Assembly: GCA_037305845.1 (NCBI GenBank)
Contig: CP147778.1
Span: 3,360,001 to 3,424,000, forward strand
DNA from: Candidatus Freyarchaeum deiterrae
GTDB lineage: Archaea > Asgardarchaeota > Jordiarchaeia > Jordiarchaeales > Jordiarchaeaceae
Length of the DNA stretch: 64,000 nt
Direction of reading: 5' to 3'
Part shown: positions 1-10,732 of the stretch, piece after piece
Layout of the letters: the number at the start of each line of letters is the position of its first letter
Position numbering within the stretch: position 1 is the first letter of the stretch
The notes under the pieces: generated by a model
Databases searched by the model: none
What the model saw: the letters and a program-made list of their open reading frames with translations, nothing else
What the model was told of the DNA's origin: nothing
Position numbers and translations under genes: made by a program

Positions 1-170
1 GCATGAGTCAAAATAACCGCATCCACAGCGTCAATCTTGTCCAGACTCGGATACTCCGTAGTCTCACCCAGCTTTAAGCCGCAATCCACTAGAATCTTCG
101 TTTCATCCAATTCCAGCAAGATGCCACTACGTCCAATCTCGCGAACCCCGCCTAGAAAACGGATTTCCAA
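1..170 (-). CDS. MBL/beta-CASP ribonuclease, N-terminal part (runs off window start; absent from ORF track)
   Basis: Manual translation from TTG at 170: MEIRFLGGVREIGRSGILLELDETKILVDCGLK...DAVILTHA, matching the GGxxEIGRS, DCG and THAH motifs. GGTGA SD upstream. Confidence 0.85.
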   Translation of the reverse strand, partial: MEIRFLGGVREIGRSGILLELDETKILVDCGLKLGETTEYPSLDKIDAVDAVILTH

Positions 171-569
171 ACAGTTCACCAACCGCATTTACCAGATTAT
201 TACATTAAAATTAACACCGATGAGATTTTACTTAAAAAAGATTCCCACCGAAGGCATAAAAAAATTTTTCCAGCAACATATTTAACAAATCACTCTACCA
301 TTAGCCTACTTTTGTAATAAATTTTCACTTCAAATAATGATTCCATTTATTTATTCTTTACTAGTAAGTAAAAATTAAGGCAGAGAATGAAGCCGAAACA
401 ACAACACGCTTGGGGGGGGAATAAATTAAGATTCATAGGTCTGGTTTTTCATCAATGAGTTGTGAACAGAATAGGGTTAACAAAGGTTTATCAGACAATA
501 ATCCAACTTCATATCCTACAATAATAGACATTTTCTATAATTCCAGTCGCTCTATGAGGTATAAACTAA

Positions 570-1505
570 ATGGTGAGAATGATTTATGATGGGGATCCCG
601 GAATAGACGATGCATTAGCTATCCTTCTTGCAATCAAATCCGAGGTTCTGGATTTAGAAGCAGTGACCACGGTTGCTGGTAATACCACTCTGGAGAAGAC
701 GACAAAGAACGCATTGAGAATTCTGGGACTTGCTGGTCGGCTGGATATTCCCGTAGCAGCCGGTATACCTTCTCCAATGGTTAGAGAACTGCAGACCGCT
801 GAGTACGTTCATGGTGAGGATGGACTGGGCGGAACCTATCTTCCCTTACCCGCTGAGCAGGACAAGTGCATGGGAGCCGTAGATCTTATAATAGCAAAGA
901 TAATGAAGAAGAAAGAAGAAATCACACTGGTTGCCTGTGGTCCACTAACTAACTTGGCAGAAGTTTATGGGAAGGAACCCAAAATTAGCGAGTATGTAAG
1001 GGATATAATAATTATGGGGGGAGCGATTTACGTTCCTGGTAATATTACGCCGCACGCCGAGTTCAACATTCACACCGACCCCGAATCCGCCAAAATAATT
1101 TTTCAATCGGATTTGCCAATAACGCTGGTTCCACTGGATGTGACTCTGAAAGCCCTTCTCACAAGTGATAATGTTGAAGAAATTCGCGAAGCAGGTACAC
1201 CGGTGACGGAATTTGCTTATCGCGCACTGAGATACAGCCTCAATTTTTCTGGACACAAGAAACTGGGTGGTTGTCCCATGCACGACCCTTTAGCCGTAGG
1301 GGTGGCAATCGATAAAGGATTTGTGGAAACCAAGAAGCTTTACGTGAATGTGGTCACCGACAATATTGTGACCTTGGGTAAAACCTTGGCGAGTGAGAAT
1401 AAGACGGGGCAGTTTGAGGAATGTGAATCCAAACTTAACGTCTGCCTTGGTGTGGATGCCCGAAGATTCATAAGATTCTTCATAGATACGATAACACTCA
1501 AATAA
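570..1505 (+). CDS. Inosine-uridine preferring nucleoside hydrolase
   Basis: DGDPGIDDA, VHGEDGLG, GPLTNLA, AEFNIHTDPE and HDPLA motifs. Confidence 0.95.
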   Translation: MVRMIYDGDPGIDDALAILLAIKSEVLDLEAVTTVAGNTTLEKTTKNALRILGLAGRLDIPVAAGIPSPMVRELQTAEYVHGEDGLGGTYLPLPAEQDKCMGAVDLIIAKIMKKKEEITLVACGPLTNLAEVYGKEPKISEYVRDIIIMGGAIYVPGNITPHAEFNIHTDPESAKIIFQSDLPITLVPLDVTLKALLTSDNVEEIREAGTPVTEFAYRALRYSLNFSGHKKLGGCPMHDPLAVGVAIDKGFVETKKLYVNVVTDNIVTLGKTLASENKTGQFEECESKLNVCLGVDARRFIRFFIDTITLK

Positions 1506-1609
1506 ACCATACGACTCCTTTACTTATCCCCTCGTACTTAATTTGTTGCTAAAAGCTTGAAGAGGAAGGGGTCAAAAACTTACTACGTATAAAATGGAGG
1601 AAACTAAAC

Positions 1610-2011
1610 ATGCTTAACAAAGAGGTTAGAAAATTTTTCCAAAAACCACGAATAGCAAGACTGGCTACGATTGGAGCAGATGGCTATCCACATATCGTCC
1701 CTATATACTTCATGCTGGATGGGGATGACCTCATTTTCGGAACTGAACTAAGCAACCGTAAGGTCAGGAATGCTCTTCAAAACCCGAAGGGGGCAGTTCT
1801 CATTGGTGGTGAAAGAACTATAGAGGATGCCGGATACATGATACAGGGTGATTTGAGTGTTGAAAAAGATGTAGATCCTGAGGTAACTCGCCGATTGATT
1901 TATCGTTATGAGCCAACAGAGGAGGAGGCTGAAAAAAGCCTCGCTGAACTGGAAAACAGTGACATTGTTCTAATCCGCCTTAAAGCAAAATCCGTAATAA
2001 GAGTTTTATAA
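1610..2011 (+). CDS. Pyridoxamine 5'-phosphate oxidase-like (split-barrel flavin/F420-binding) protein
   Basis: ARLATIGADGYPHIVP and KVRNALQNPK motifs; GGAGG SD. Confidence 0.85.
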   Translation: MLNKEVRKFFQKPRIARLATIGADGYPHIVPIYFMLDGDDLIFGTELSNRKVRNALQNPKGAVLIGGERTIEDAGYMIQGDLSVEKDVDPEVTRRLIYRYEPTEEEAEKSLAELENSDIVLIRLKAKSVIRVL

Positions 2012-2294
2012 TTGAGTTGGAACACATGATTTTATTCCCATCTTGAATTTAACTCTCGTTTCATGTGCCCTAGTTTCTGATGATACTTGCTTATTTTAAA
2101 GAGTAAGGGTTCCGCATTCCAAGGACTGGCACTATACTTGATGGTTGTTTCCTATTCATGATGCTAAATTCCTCAAGGGAAACATTATTATAACTAAACA
2201 AAGTTTATAACTAATCAAAGTGTTCATACCTGATTTATAATGTTTGAAACACGCGATTTCGAATAAGTAATTAATCCTTGGAGGTTTTGGGAGA

Positions 2295-2768
2295 ATGTCT
2301 TCTGCTAAAGAAAAGACTTCCGAAAAGGGAAAGCCTTCTGCTAAAGAAAAGACTTCCGAAAAGGGAAAGCCTTCTGGTAAAGAAAAGCCTTCTAGTAAGG
2401 GAAGACTTTCTGGTAAACTTTTGTCTTGGGCTTGGATAATCGGTATAGCTTTGAGTTTCGTAGCGCTCACCATTCAGCAGCTCTTTTTCCCAGGTGCTAT
2501 ACTCAGCACTTCTTTAGGCCACATTCATCACTATATGTACTCTCTGCCCATAGTAGTAGTTCTCGTAATTCTAAAGTTGTGGAAGTATGATAACTTCTGG
2601 GTTAACCTCTTGCTAGGATTCTTCATAGGCTTAGTTGCAAGCGAATTCTACTGGATACTCGTATACGGTTTCCCATCAGGGTTCTTGCAAATCTTTTACT
2701 GGATTCTAATTACGGGCTCCGACTACACAGAATGGTTTTTGATACTACTAGCCGCGGGATTATTATAG
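2295..2768 (+). CDS. Membrane protein with Lys/Glu/Ser-rich repetitive N-terminus
   Basis: SAKEKTSEKGKP repeats followed by about 4 hydrophobic segments; GGAGG SD. Confidence 0.7.
   Translation: MSSAKEKTSEKGKPSAKEKTSEKGKPSGKEKPSSKGRLSGKLLSWAWIIGIALSFVALTIQQLFFPGAILSTSLGHIHHYMYSLPIVVVLVILKLWKYDNFWVNLLLGFFIGLVASEFYWILVYGFPSGFLQIFYWILITGSDYTEWFLILLAAGLL
2301..2417 (+). repeat. In-frame tandem repeat: 36-bp unit twice, then degenerate 18-bp subunits
   Basis: tctgctaaagaaaagacttccgaaaagggaaagcct occurs twice, followed by decayed copies. Confidence 0.85.
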
Positions 2769-2830
2769 AACACAGCCCCATAAAAACAAAAACCAGAACC
2801 AGTGAAATTCTTTCAATCATCATTGTATAA

Positions 2831-4747
2831 TTAGTGAGAGTTCTTGGTATAGATCTCTTCCCACTTCTTTTTTATCTCACCACCGATACTGGATTCCTCA
2901 AAGGTTTGCAGATTTTCACGTATATAATCTGGTAATAATTGCTGAAACCGGTTTTCGGAGTAGCGTTCATCACCTAAAATAAATATTCCTCTATCTTCCT
3001 TGGATCTTAAAACTCTGCCTAGCGACTGGGATGCTCTTCTAAGTGCTGGAACCACGTATGCATAGTACGTGCCCTTTTCTTTTCCATATAAATTCTCATA
3101 ATATTTGAGGTAGAGTCGGGTTTTTATGCTCATCCTATCAAACGGTATGCCCACGAGGAATAATCCCTCAAGCTCTCTTCCAGGGAAATCCGCTCCCTCA
3201 GCAAATCTCCCTGTGCAGGGGGCGCACAAAACACCCGGGGTCTCTCCATGAGCCGCGTCCTTGAAACCGTCAAGAATCTCTCGCGAGCTGTCACCACTCA
3301 TGCCCTCCCTCTCCACAAAGAAAACCCTACCTTTACTCTCAACCTTTTCTCTCAGCCCAGCTGCGAGTAGATCATTCTGAATCCGGTAGCTGCTGGTGAA
3401 AACTGCAATATTTGTATTAACCGTCCCCACGAAGCTCTCTATGGCATTCACATAAGCCTTCTCCATGTTTTCACTGAGCTCCTCTCCCTTAGTACTCAGA
3501 CCTCTAGTGACGTAGGCGGCTATTTTACTTCTGTCGAATGGGGAGTGGAAACTCTTTCCCGAATACTGTTCCAGACCGATGGTTTCTGCGAACGCGTTGA
3601 TGGGGTTCAGTGTGCCTGAGCAGAAGATGCAGCCTTGGAAGCTCTTCCACTTGTTCCTGAGAATTTCTGCGGCTCGCATGTCCCACATCTCAATAATAAT
3701 GTTTTCCCTCTCTCTGTAGGCTATGAAGACTACTCCCTGAACATCTAGGTTTTCCAGAACCGCCAGCCAGAAATTCGAAAGGTGAAACAGCGAGGATCGG
3801 GGATTCTTACCCTCATCCAGCTGACTCCGCCTAACCCTAACACCATACGCGTTCATAAGGTTCAAAACCTCCCCCAGCAAACCCATATTAGCCCCTATTT
3901 TTCCCAGTAAACTGTTAAGAAATCCTTTAGGGTTGAACTCCATCTCCTCCCTCGTCACTTCCTTAAAGACTTGATAAAGTTCATCCCTTAGACGGTTAAT
4001 GAGGTTCTCAACCCGGCGTGCCTCCAGAGATTCAAATCTCTGAATTTCCCTCAACGCATAGGTTAGGGTTCCCAGAGTTATGCGGTCGGAGTTCAGGTTT
4101 CCACAAACACTCTGGAGATTATGAGCCTCATCCACCACCAGAAAACTGGAAGCGAAGGGAACCAGACGCTTAACACTCCAACTCATACCGTCATCGATAA
4201 TGTAGTTGTAACTGAGCGAAACTACATCCGCGTAGGGCAAAAACTCCCTCTGGGCAAAGTAGGGACACACACCTCTCTCCCTGCAAAGCTTCAAAATCTC
4301 AGAGTAGAGCTTGGGTGCCCCGATGAAATCCTCCACATCAAGAGATCTTAATCCAAGATAATAATCACAACTCTTCTTACGACTCTCACAGAGAAATGAA
4401 ACGTCCTGGTAGTCCATTTCCCCCTCCAATCGAACATCCCTAGCAAGAAGGCACATATCCTTCTTACCCCTATAGGACAGACCGAAGAAATCCTTACCCA
4501 ATGCGTAGTTAATTATTTTCAATTCCTCTATCGGCCTGTCGGTCTCGTTTCCAGTACGCACCGCCCAAATAATCTTATGCTTCTTAACCCGGGGAAGAAG
4601 AGTGGCGAGAATCGCTGGAGTTTTTCCAAAACCAGTGGAAGCATTAAGGCACACGGTACCATTATCAATGTTCTCGGAAATAAACTCCATGAACTCCTCC
4701 TGTCCCTCTCTCGGACTATAAGGGAAAAGGTGCTTTAATCTTCCCAT
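2831..4747 (-). CDS. xpd: XPD/Rad3-family Fe-S SF2 DNA helicase
   Basis: Q motif (YSPREGQ), ASTGFGKT, Fe-S Cys (KKDMC...CPYF), DEAH, SGTL, EGADF and QSLGRVLR. Confidence 0.9.
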   Translation of the reverse strand: MGRLKHLFPYSPREGQEEFMEFISENIDNGTVCLNASTGFGKTPAILATLLPRVKKHKIIWAVRTGNETDRPIEELKIINYALGKDFFGLSYRGKKDMCLLARDVRLEGEMDYQDVSFLCESRKKSCDYYLGLRSLDVEDFIGAPKLYSEILKLCRERGVCPYFAQREFLPYADVVSLSYNYIIDDGMSWSVKRLVPFASSFLVVDEAHNLQSVCGNLNSDRITLGTLTYALREIQRFESLEARRVENLINRLRDELYQVFKEVTREEMEFNPKGFLNSLLGKIGANMGLLGEVLNLMNAYGVRVRRSQLDEGKNPRSSLFHLSNFWLAVLENLDVQGVVFIAYRERENIIIEMWDMRAAEILRNKWKSFQGCIFCSGTLNPINAFAETIGLEQYSGKSFHSPFDRSKIAAYVTRGLSTKGEELSENMEKAYVNAIESFVGTVNTNIAVFTSSYRIQNDLLAAGLREKVESKGRVFFVEREGMSGDSSREILDGFKDAAHGETPGVLCAPCTGRFAEGADFPGRELEGLFLVGIPFDRMSIKTRLYLKYYENLYGKEKGTYYAYVVPALRRASQSLGRVLRSKEDRGIFILGDERYSENRFQQLLPDYIRENLQTFEESSIGGEIKKKWEEIYTKNSH

Positions 4748-4982
4748 TCACTCACCCTATTAAGCTCCCTTGAACGCTCTTTTATTAATAAACTCGGACT
4801 TTTGAATCCATTTTTGATTTTCTCATACTTTTCGTTGAAAAACAGCGTAATTAAACATAGCGTCCCCAATATAAAACGAAACTGGTCAATCTAAGTGGAA
4901 TGTCTCTTAAATGAAACATTTATAATATCCTTAGAAAATAATTCATATACGAAACATTATATTTATCTGGAGGTTCAGCCAA

Positions 4983-5333
4983 ACGACCAAAACCGAGTTT
5001 GTTGCCAAAACCGTACTACTCCTCCTGAATAACGCATTTCCCGAATACCAGATAAACAGAGTAAAAGCCGAGATAAGCAACCCCACAAAGTACCGAGCCT
5101 TAAAAGAACTCGAAAAAATAGGATTCGCTCAGCAGAGCACTCCCAGAAGCAAAAAATGGATAGCCGGAAAAGAACTAATGACTTTTATGTCGAACAACTT
5201 TTCAGGCACACCGGCATTATCAGAACTAATAGTAAACATAGTGGAAACAACCGGAAAAACGGAATGGGAGAAAAGAAAGTTCATAAGATACCTCATAGAC
5301 GACCTAAAAAAATACTACCAAATCTCCGATTGA
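4983..5333 (+). CDS. Winged-HTH protein, 116 aa, probable ACG start (absent from ORF track)
   Basis: Open frame (T)TKTEFVAKTVLLLL...AEISNPTKYRALKELEKIGFAQQ...KKWIA...; GGAGGT at 4969-4974; in-frame TAG at 4932 with no ATG/GTG/TTG before the HTH. Confidence 0.65.
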   Translation, partial: TTKTEFVAKTVLLLLNNAFPEYQINRVKAEISNPTKYRALKELEKIGFAQQSTPRSKKWIAGKELMTFMSNNFSGTPALSELIVNIVETTGKTEWEKRKFIRYLIDDLKKYYQISD

Positions 5334-5468
5334 TAAACCCTCCATTGTTGCGACTAGAAACATGCCAATGGAAATACAAAGCGGGTTACTTTTCTGGTTC
5401 TCCCTCTTACATATACTGCGGCTTGTGAATCTTTATTATACAAAAAGATATTAGTATGTCGGAAAGAT

Positions 5469-6158
5469 TTATACTTCAAAACATTTTTTTGATTTCGGGA
5501 GCGTGGCAGCAATTTTAACTACAAGTTCGGCGATTCGCTCAGGAGGTATGCCTCCCCTTTCTCCCGAAAATTCAAACTGCAGATCCGTATCCACTGCGCC
5601 CGGGCATATTGAGTAAACCCTAATTCCGCGGCCAGAAACTTCTTCATTAAGGGCTTCTGAAAACCCTCGAACTCCGAATTTTGTGGCGCAGTAAGTTACC
5701 ATTCCCTCAATGCCGTACTCTCCCGCCTCTGATGACATATTGATGATGACCCCTGATTTTCGGGAAAGCATAAGGTTTATAACCGCTCGCGTCATAAACA
5801 GTACTCCTTTTAAATTAGTATCAATAAGGTTGCTAATAGAAGAATAGCTCTGTTTTGAAAAATCTCCGCCCCAAATAATTCCAGCGTTGTTTATCAAAAC
5901 ATCTATTTTTCCGTAACGCGAAAACACTTCGTCTATAAATTTTTTTACTTCTTGATCATTGCTCACATCAGCAACTTCTGCAAATATTTCTCCAAATTTC
6001 TCCAACTCTTTTTCTGCCTTTTCAACATCCTTCTGGCCGATTGCGCACATGGCGACTTTTGCCCCGCGCTCCAAAAACAGTTTTGCATCCACGAATCCGA
6101 TACCCTTTGATCCACCAGTTATAACTACTATTTTATCTCTAAAGGCATTCTTATCCAC
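5469..6158 (-). CDS. Short-chain dehydrogenase/reductase
   Basis: TGGSKGIG, NNAG and YCATK motifs. Confidence 0.95.
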   Translation of the reverse strand: MDKNAFRDKIVVITGGSKGIGFVDAKLFLERGAKVAMCAIGQKDVEKAEKELEKFGEIFAEVADVSNDQEVKKFIDEVFSRYGKIDVLINNAGIIWGGDFSKQSYSSISNLIDTNLKGVLFMTRAVINLMLSRKSGVIINMSSEAGEYGIEGMVTYCATKFGVRGFSEALNEEVSGRGIRVYSICPGAVDTDLQFEFSGERGGIPPERIAELVVKIAATLPKSKKCFEV

Positions 6159-6447
6159 ACCCTTTTCCTCCTATTATTTTAAATCTCTTTTTCGCATAAA
6201 TGAATTTAGAAGGAGTATTAAAGCTCAATACTCATCTTATTCTTTAGCTACCACTACGGATTGGAGGCATATTGATTATGCCCCGACCGTTATATATTCG
6301 CGAAGTGCTAGCAAACCGCGCGATTTAACCTTTATATATGATTATTGCAGTATCTCTTTTATTAGGTGGAGTATGTTGCCTAACAGCAGGCGGAGCCCGC
6401 CCCGACCTGAAACGTTTCGCCGATGAATTTATGCGGAAGATGCCATT

Positions 6448-7323
6448 ATGACAGAACAAAGGTTTGGACATACGGCGCTTGGCACAGCAGTGTGTCGTTT
6501 TATCGAACAATTCCAGCCCGAGGAAACCCGGCTTTTTAACGATTCGATAGTCAAAGACATGGTCGGCACATCCATCCGGGCGTTGATGCAATCCGCCAGA
6601 ATGCGCAATTTCATGATAAAACGAACAGATTCCATCATGCAAGGGATTTACGGAGCCCAGATTTGTCGTACGCGCTTTATAGATGATGCCGTTCAGACCG
6701 CCCTATCGCAGGGAATCGAACAATTGGTAATCTTGGGTGCTGGGTTTGATACGCGTCCCTATCGCTTAACTTGTATGGAGCGCGTGAAAGCGATTGAAGT
6801 TGACCTACCATCAGCGCAGGAAGACAAAAAGAAGAAGCTCCAAAAACACTTCGGCCGGTTGCCGGAAAATGTAACTTTTATCCCCATCAACTTCAATACA
6901 CAGAGCCTAGAAGCCGTCTTAACCGGAACAGACTTCGACCCTTCCAGGCCGGTGGTGTTTATTTGGGAAGGCGTTACGCAATATCTCTTGGAGGAAGCCG
7001 TCCGCCGGACACTAGACTTTGTTAGCAAATCGGCTCCTGGAAGCATCCTCGTGTTCACCTACATCTTGAAAAGCATTATCGAGCGGCGTTCAGATATTCC
7101 GGGTGCGGATAAAATGATGGATTTTTTGGCGAAAAATAATACTCCCTTCCTTTTCGGTCTGGAACCCTCTAGTGTTCCATCTTTTTTGAAGCCATTTCAT
7201 CTTAACCTGATAGCAGACGTTGGGAATGCAGATTATCAAGCAAGATGTCTCAAGCCTCTGGGACGGAACCTTGTTGTGTCCGAAGGTGAACGGGTTGTTC
7301 AAGCGACTGTTGTTCGTTCCTGA
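6448..7323 (+). CDS. SAM-dependent methyltransferase, leucine carboxyl methyltransferase (LCM/YktD)-like
   Basis: RTRFIDD, QLVILGAGFDTR, EVD and WEGVTQYL motifs. Confidence 0.9.
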   Translation: MTEQRFGHTALGTAVCRFIEQFQPEETRLFNDSIVKDMVGTSIRALMQSARMRNFMIKRTDSIMQGIYGAQICRTRFIDDAVQTALSQGIEQLVILGAGFDTRPYRLTCMERVKAIEVDLPSAQEDKKKKLQKHFGRLPENVTFIPINFNTQSLEAVLTGTDFDPSRPVVFIWEGVTQYLLEEAVRRTLDFVSKSAPGSILVFTYILKSIIERRSDIPGADKMMDFLAKNNTPFLFGLEPSSVPSFLKPFHLNLIADVGNADYQARCLKPLGRNLVVSEGERVVQATVVRS

Positions 7324-7417
7324 TACATGATTGAACGCCAACACAAAGTCGTCTGTCGGCTTTTGATTTGATGCATCCTGTATCTTTCTAATAGAGTATA
7401 TACAATATTATTTTGAG

Positions 7418-7978
7418 TCATTTCTTTCGAAAGCGTATTGGAAGAAACATGGGTACCTTTTTTCGATACTCGATGTACTTTTGACCCCAAAAGCGGACTA
7501 GGTCATCCTCTTCTGTTTTCGCTAAATACCAAAATAGTAGAATAAGCAGCGTCGATGCCGCTATAGCGTAAATGCTCAGGAATATCAGGGAAAATGCATA
7601 ATTCAGCGTAATAACTATAGAATATAATGGATGTCTCACATGACTGTAGGGACCAGTAGTCATAAGCTCGGCAAAGTCGCTCGCCTTCTCATGCCTTTTA
7701 GGAAATCTTCGGTGTATGATTACCATTAGCGCTAAGCAAACTAGTGAGAGCGATACTCCAAAAATCATAATAGCTTTGCCCAACCAGGTCCCAGCTAGTA
7801 GCGAATTAAAAGCATAGCCATTGGAACCCAAAAAGATACCCGCTAGTAGCAAATTAAGATCATAGGTAAAAGAGCCCATTAAGGTTCCAGCTAATAGTGT
7901 TGTCGAATTGAAACTATAACCACAAGTCACAATCAATACGAAATAGTTGATGAAGAAAATCAATCTGCGAACGCGCAT
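7418..7978 (-). CDS. Isoprenylcysteine carboxyl methyltransferase/PEMT-family membrane protein
   Basis: LMTTGPYSHVRHPLY, EE..L...G..Y..Y...VP motifs; three N-terminal LLAG repeats. Confidence 0.85.
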   Translation of the reverse strand: MRVRRLIFFINYFVLIVTCGYSFNSTTLLAGTLMGSFTYDLNLLLAGIFLGSNGYAFNSLLAGTWLGKAIMIFGVSLSLVCLALMVIIHRRFPKRHEKASDFAELMTTGPYSHVRHPLYSIVITLNYAFSLIFLSIYAIAASTLLILLFWYLAKTEEDDLVRFWGQKYIEYRKKVPMFLPIRFRKK

Positions 7979-8105
7979 AATTCCGCCTCATTATGAGCCA
8001 TCAGGCCATTAGTTTCAATTCCTTCCGCTACACAGCTAGTGATATATTTACCATGAGCATTTTTTAGTGTTACATCCTTTTTCAGTTAGTACCATAACGC
8101 TGCCT

Positions 8106-8612
8106 CTATCTGGTCCACACTTGCCGCGCAGCGAACCCTTTGGTTTTTAACGAAATGTCGATTAGCTCAATGGTTTGGGCTTCAATTTTTAGAAAACTGG
8201 TGTTTTCTGGGAGCTCTTTAATTCCCAGTTCTTTCACAGACTTTTCCCATTGATACACAGAAGATGCCTCTTTGAATTCTTCCAAATTTTCTTTACTGAT
8301 TATTTTTGCTTCTCCAGTTATTTGGACTCCTTTAACGCTTAGCCACCCCGTGTAAGGGGCGAAGATGCCAAGACTAACTTTTGGATTAGCTCGTATATTT
8401 TCTATCTTCCTGCCTAGTTCCCCTATCATGTACAGGGTAGTGCCCTTAGAATAGTACTCGATAGGGGTTGCTCTAGAAATATTATCTTTACAAGTCGCCA
8501 AAACACACATGTTCTGCGACTTCAAGAAGTTTGTGATATGCTTTTCTAGTTTGCTTCTAGGCATTTCACTCGTTACTTTAGCCCTTAATATCCTCCCTGT
8601 ATCAGAACTCGT
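8106..8612 (-). CDS. Pyridoxamine 5'-phosphate oxidase-like protein; start ACG 8612 or ATG 8564
   Basis: CVLATC and KIENIRANPKVSL motifs; GGAGGTG directly precedes the in-frame ACG at 8612. Confidence 0.8.
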   Translation of the reverse strand, partial: TSSDTGRILRAKVTSEMPRSKLEKHITNFLKSQNMCVLATCKDNISRATPIEYYSKGTTLYMIGELGRKIENIRANPKVSLGIFAPYTGWLSVKGVQITGEAKIISKENLEEFKEASSVYQWEKSVKELGIKELPENTSFLKIEAQTIELIDISLKTKGFAARQVWTR

Positions 8613-9265
8613 ACTCTCACCTCCAAAGAAGATTTTTGTATTTTAAGATAAAAAAACTTTCTTATTCCACCAAGAAAAAAAGAAGCAGTAAGTTATACAT
8701 TTATACTAAAAAAATTAAGATAGTAACTCCCCCCTACCCTCCCTCCTTACCCCCCTTGTTTTCTCTAACTCCTTGTCGGTGTTTTTGTCCTCGAGTTTTC
8801 ATTTTTAGTGTTTGTGTATAGTTGGAGGTGTTGGCCTTTTTTAGAAGGGGGCTAATTTTTGCTTTGGTTGTGGGTGGTGGGGGGTCAAATTCTTGGTTTA
8901 TTTGTGAATTGATTTATTTTCAAAAAAAGAGGATGAGAGTGGAACTATTTTATAAAGGATTTTATCGTGATTTTGTGTTAGGTTTAGAATTTCTAAAGTT
9001 TGGAGGTATAAGTTTGGAGAAAAATAAAGCAAAATATTTTTTAATTTAAGAAATGGATAGAAAATTTCGGGAAATACTTATCTTTGATTATGCACAAATT
9101 TTTTATATATTTAATATAATTATTTATTTAGATTCTGTAAATCCCTAGATTAAGGCTGATTATATAAAGGTTGGAGAATTCTAAAAGGGAAGGCGGATTA
9201 TAGAGTTCTCAAGAGAGAAGTCTTGGAAGTGGGAAAGAATCTATTTTAGGTGGGTGGGTTATTAA

Positions 9266-10732
9266 TTGCGTTCTTGGAATAAGTCGGGATGGAAGTATGG
9301 AAAAAAGGTGAAAGTGGGAGTTCTAGGAATCTTATTACTGGTTTCCTTCTCATCCATCGCTGTGGCACTATTATTTATGGTGCCTCAGAATAATCTGCTT
9401 TTTAGACAGGATTCTTTAACGAGTTACTCAGCCGCTTCTTTGTCCTTATCTAACAATGTTAAGAACCAAAGCGTTTCTCCTAGTTTCTTGTTCTCATCCA
9501 GCCATTCAAATACTTTCGTGTACCCGAAAGACGTTTTACTCTATTATTATCCAAATCGGAATGATAGCGATGTGGACAACAATACAGGCATTGGTTATCA
9601 CTCAAGCTTCGTAAATCAGCAAATTGGGCCCGATGGAATATACGATACACTTACCGAAGCCAATACCGTTAATTCCAGTAGCGAAATACTTTTTACAAAT
9701 GGACCGGGAAATTTCACAGAATTAAATGCCACCTCAGCCAACAATTGGCAATGTTGTAATTCTTTTGACAAAGATAAATCCTACGTTTATACGAATAGTA
9801 CCCAATACGAACAGGACTTGTACAATATGACAAAACCAACTGAAGGCGGAATTATAAACTGGGTTAGTGTGGGCATAAGTGTAAAAAACGTTCGTTCAAA
9901 CTCCAATGTAAAGGGAGATGCAAACATTGAGCTTCTCATGGACTCGAACTCCTTTGAAACGTCTTTCATCAATATTCCAACGTCTTATCAGAATCTCACT
10001 GTTGATTATCAACAAAGTCCAAATACAGGGGATTCTTGGACGTGGTCTGAATTGGAAACCCTGCAGGCCGGAGTCTCTCTGAGGCTCAGAGGTACTCCAG
10101 ATGTAAATGACTCGATAAGATGTACTTTTGTTTGGGTTGAAGTTAATTACACTATACCCAATTATGAATTGGATTTGGAGGCACAATGGACTGGTATTCC
10201 TTCAAGTACCGCCAACAGTAGTTTATGCATAATGACAGGGTCTAATTCTGGTAATGAGAATCTCAGTGTAGACTACTGGACTGGTAGCAATTATTTTATG
10301 AATGCTCCCAAGTGGGTTAATCTTATTCCTATTCTTTATCCGAATCAGTGGAATAATGTTTCATTACACATTGATAATTCTGTTTTCACTATCCGATTCA
10401 AGGATTTGAATGACACTAAGGATGGTATTCAGGACTCTTGGGATATTGATGTATCCCTAGTAGCTGTAAACTATAATCCTCAGGAGACTTATACTTCAAC
10501 TTTATCTTTACTGCTTTTAGGTAGCTTTTTGCTTGGTGGTGGTGGTCAGCCCAGTTTACCATCTACGGCGTTAGTTGTTGGTTCTGTTGCCTTAATTTCC
10601 GTTTCTGGTCTTGCTGTTAGACATTTCTATGTTTCGGGTGAGGAGGCTTCTCTTCGGAGAAGGAGAATTAAGCAGTTGGACGAGTCTAGAGGAAGGATTC
10701 AAAAAGCTTTGGAGGATGATGATAGTGATTGA
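9266..10732 (+). CDS. Membrane-anchored surface glycoprotein (putative receptor)
   Basis: N-terminal basic plus hydrophobic signal, beta-rich ectodomain with at least 15 N-x-S/T sequons, C-terminal TM helix and a short charged helical tail. Confidence 0.75.
   Translation: MRSWNKSGWKYGKKVKVGVLGILLLVSFSSIAVALLFMVPQNNLLFRQDSLTSYSAASLSLSNNVKNQSVSPSFLFSSSHSNTFVYPKDVLLYYYPNRNDSDVDNNTGIGYHSSFVNQQIGPDGIYDTLTEANTVNSSSEILFTNGPGNFTELNATSANNWQCCNSFDKDKSYVYTNSTQYEQDLYNMTKPTEGGIINWVSVGISVKNVRSNSNVKGDANIELLMDSNSFETSFINIPTSYQNLTVDYQQSPNTGDSWTWSELETLQAGVSLRLRGTPDVNDSIRCTFVWVEVNYTIPNYELDLEAQWTGIPSSTANSSLCIMTGSNSGNENLSVDYWTGSNYFMNAPKWVNLIPILYPNQWNNVSLHIDNSVFTIRFKDLNDTKDGIQDSWDIDVSLVAVNYNPQETYTSTLSLLLLGSFLLGGGGQPSLPSTALVVGSVALISVSGLAVRHFYVSGEEASLRRRRIKQLDESRGRIQKALEDDDSD

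Noticed and set aside
5156-5428. 90-aa ORF in the track
   Set aside because: Overlaps the more protein-like wHTH frame 4983-5333.
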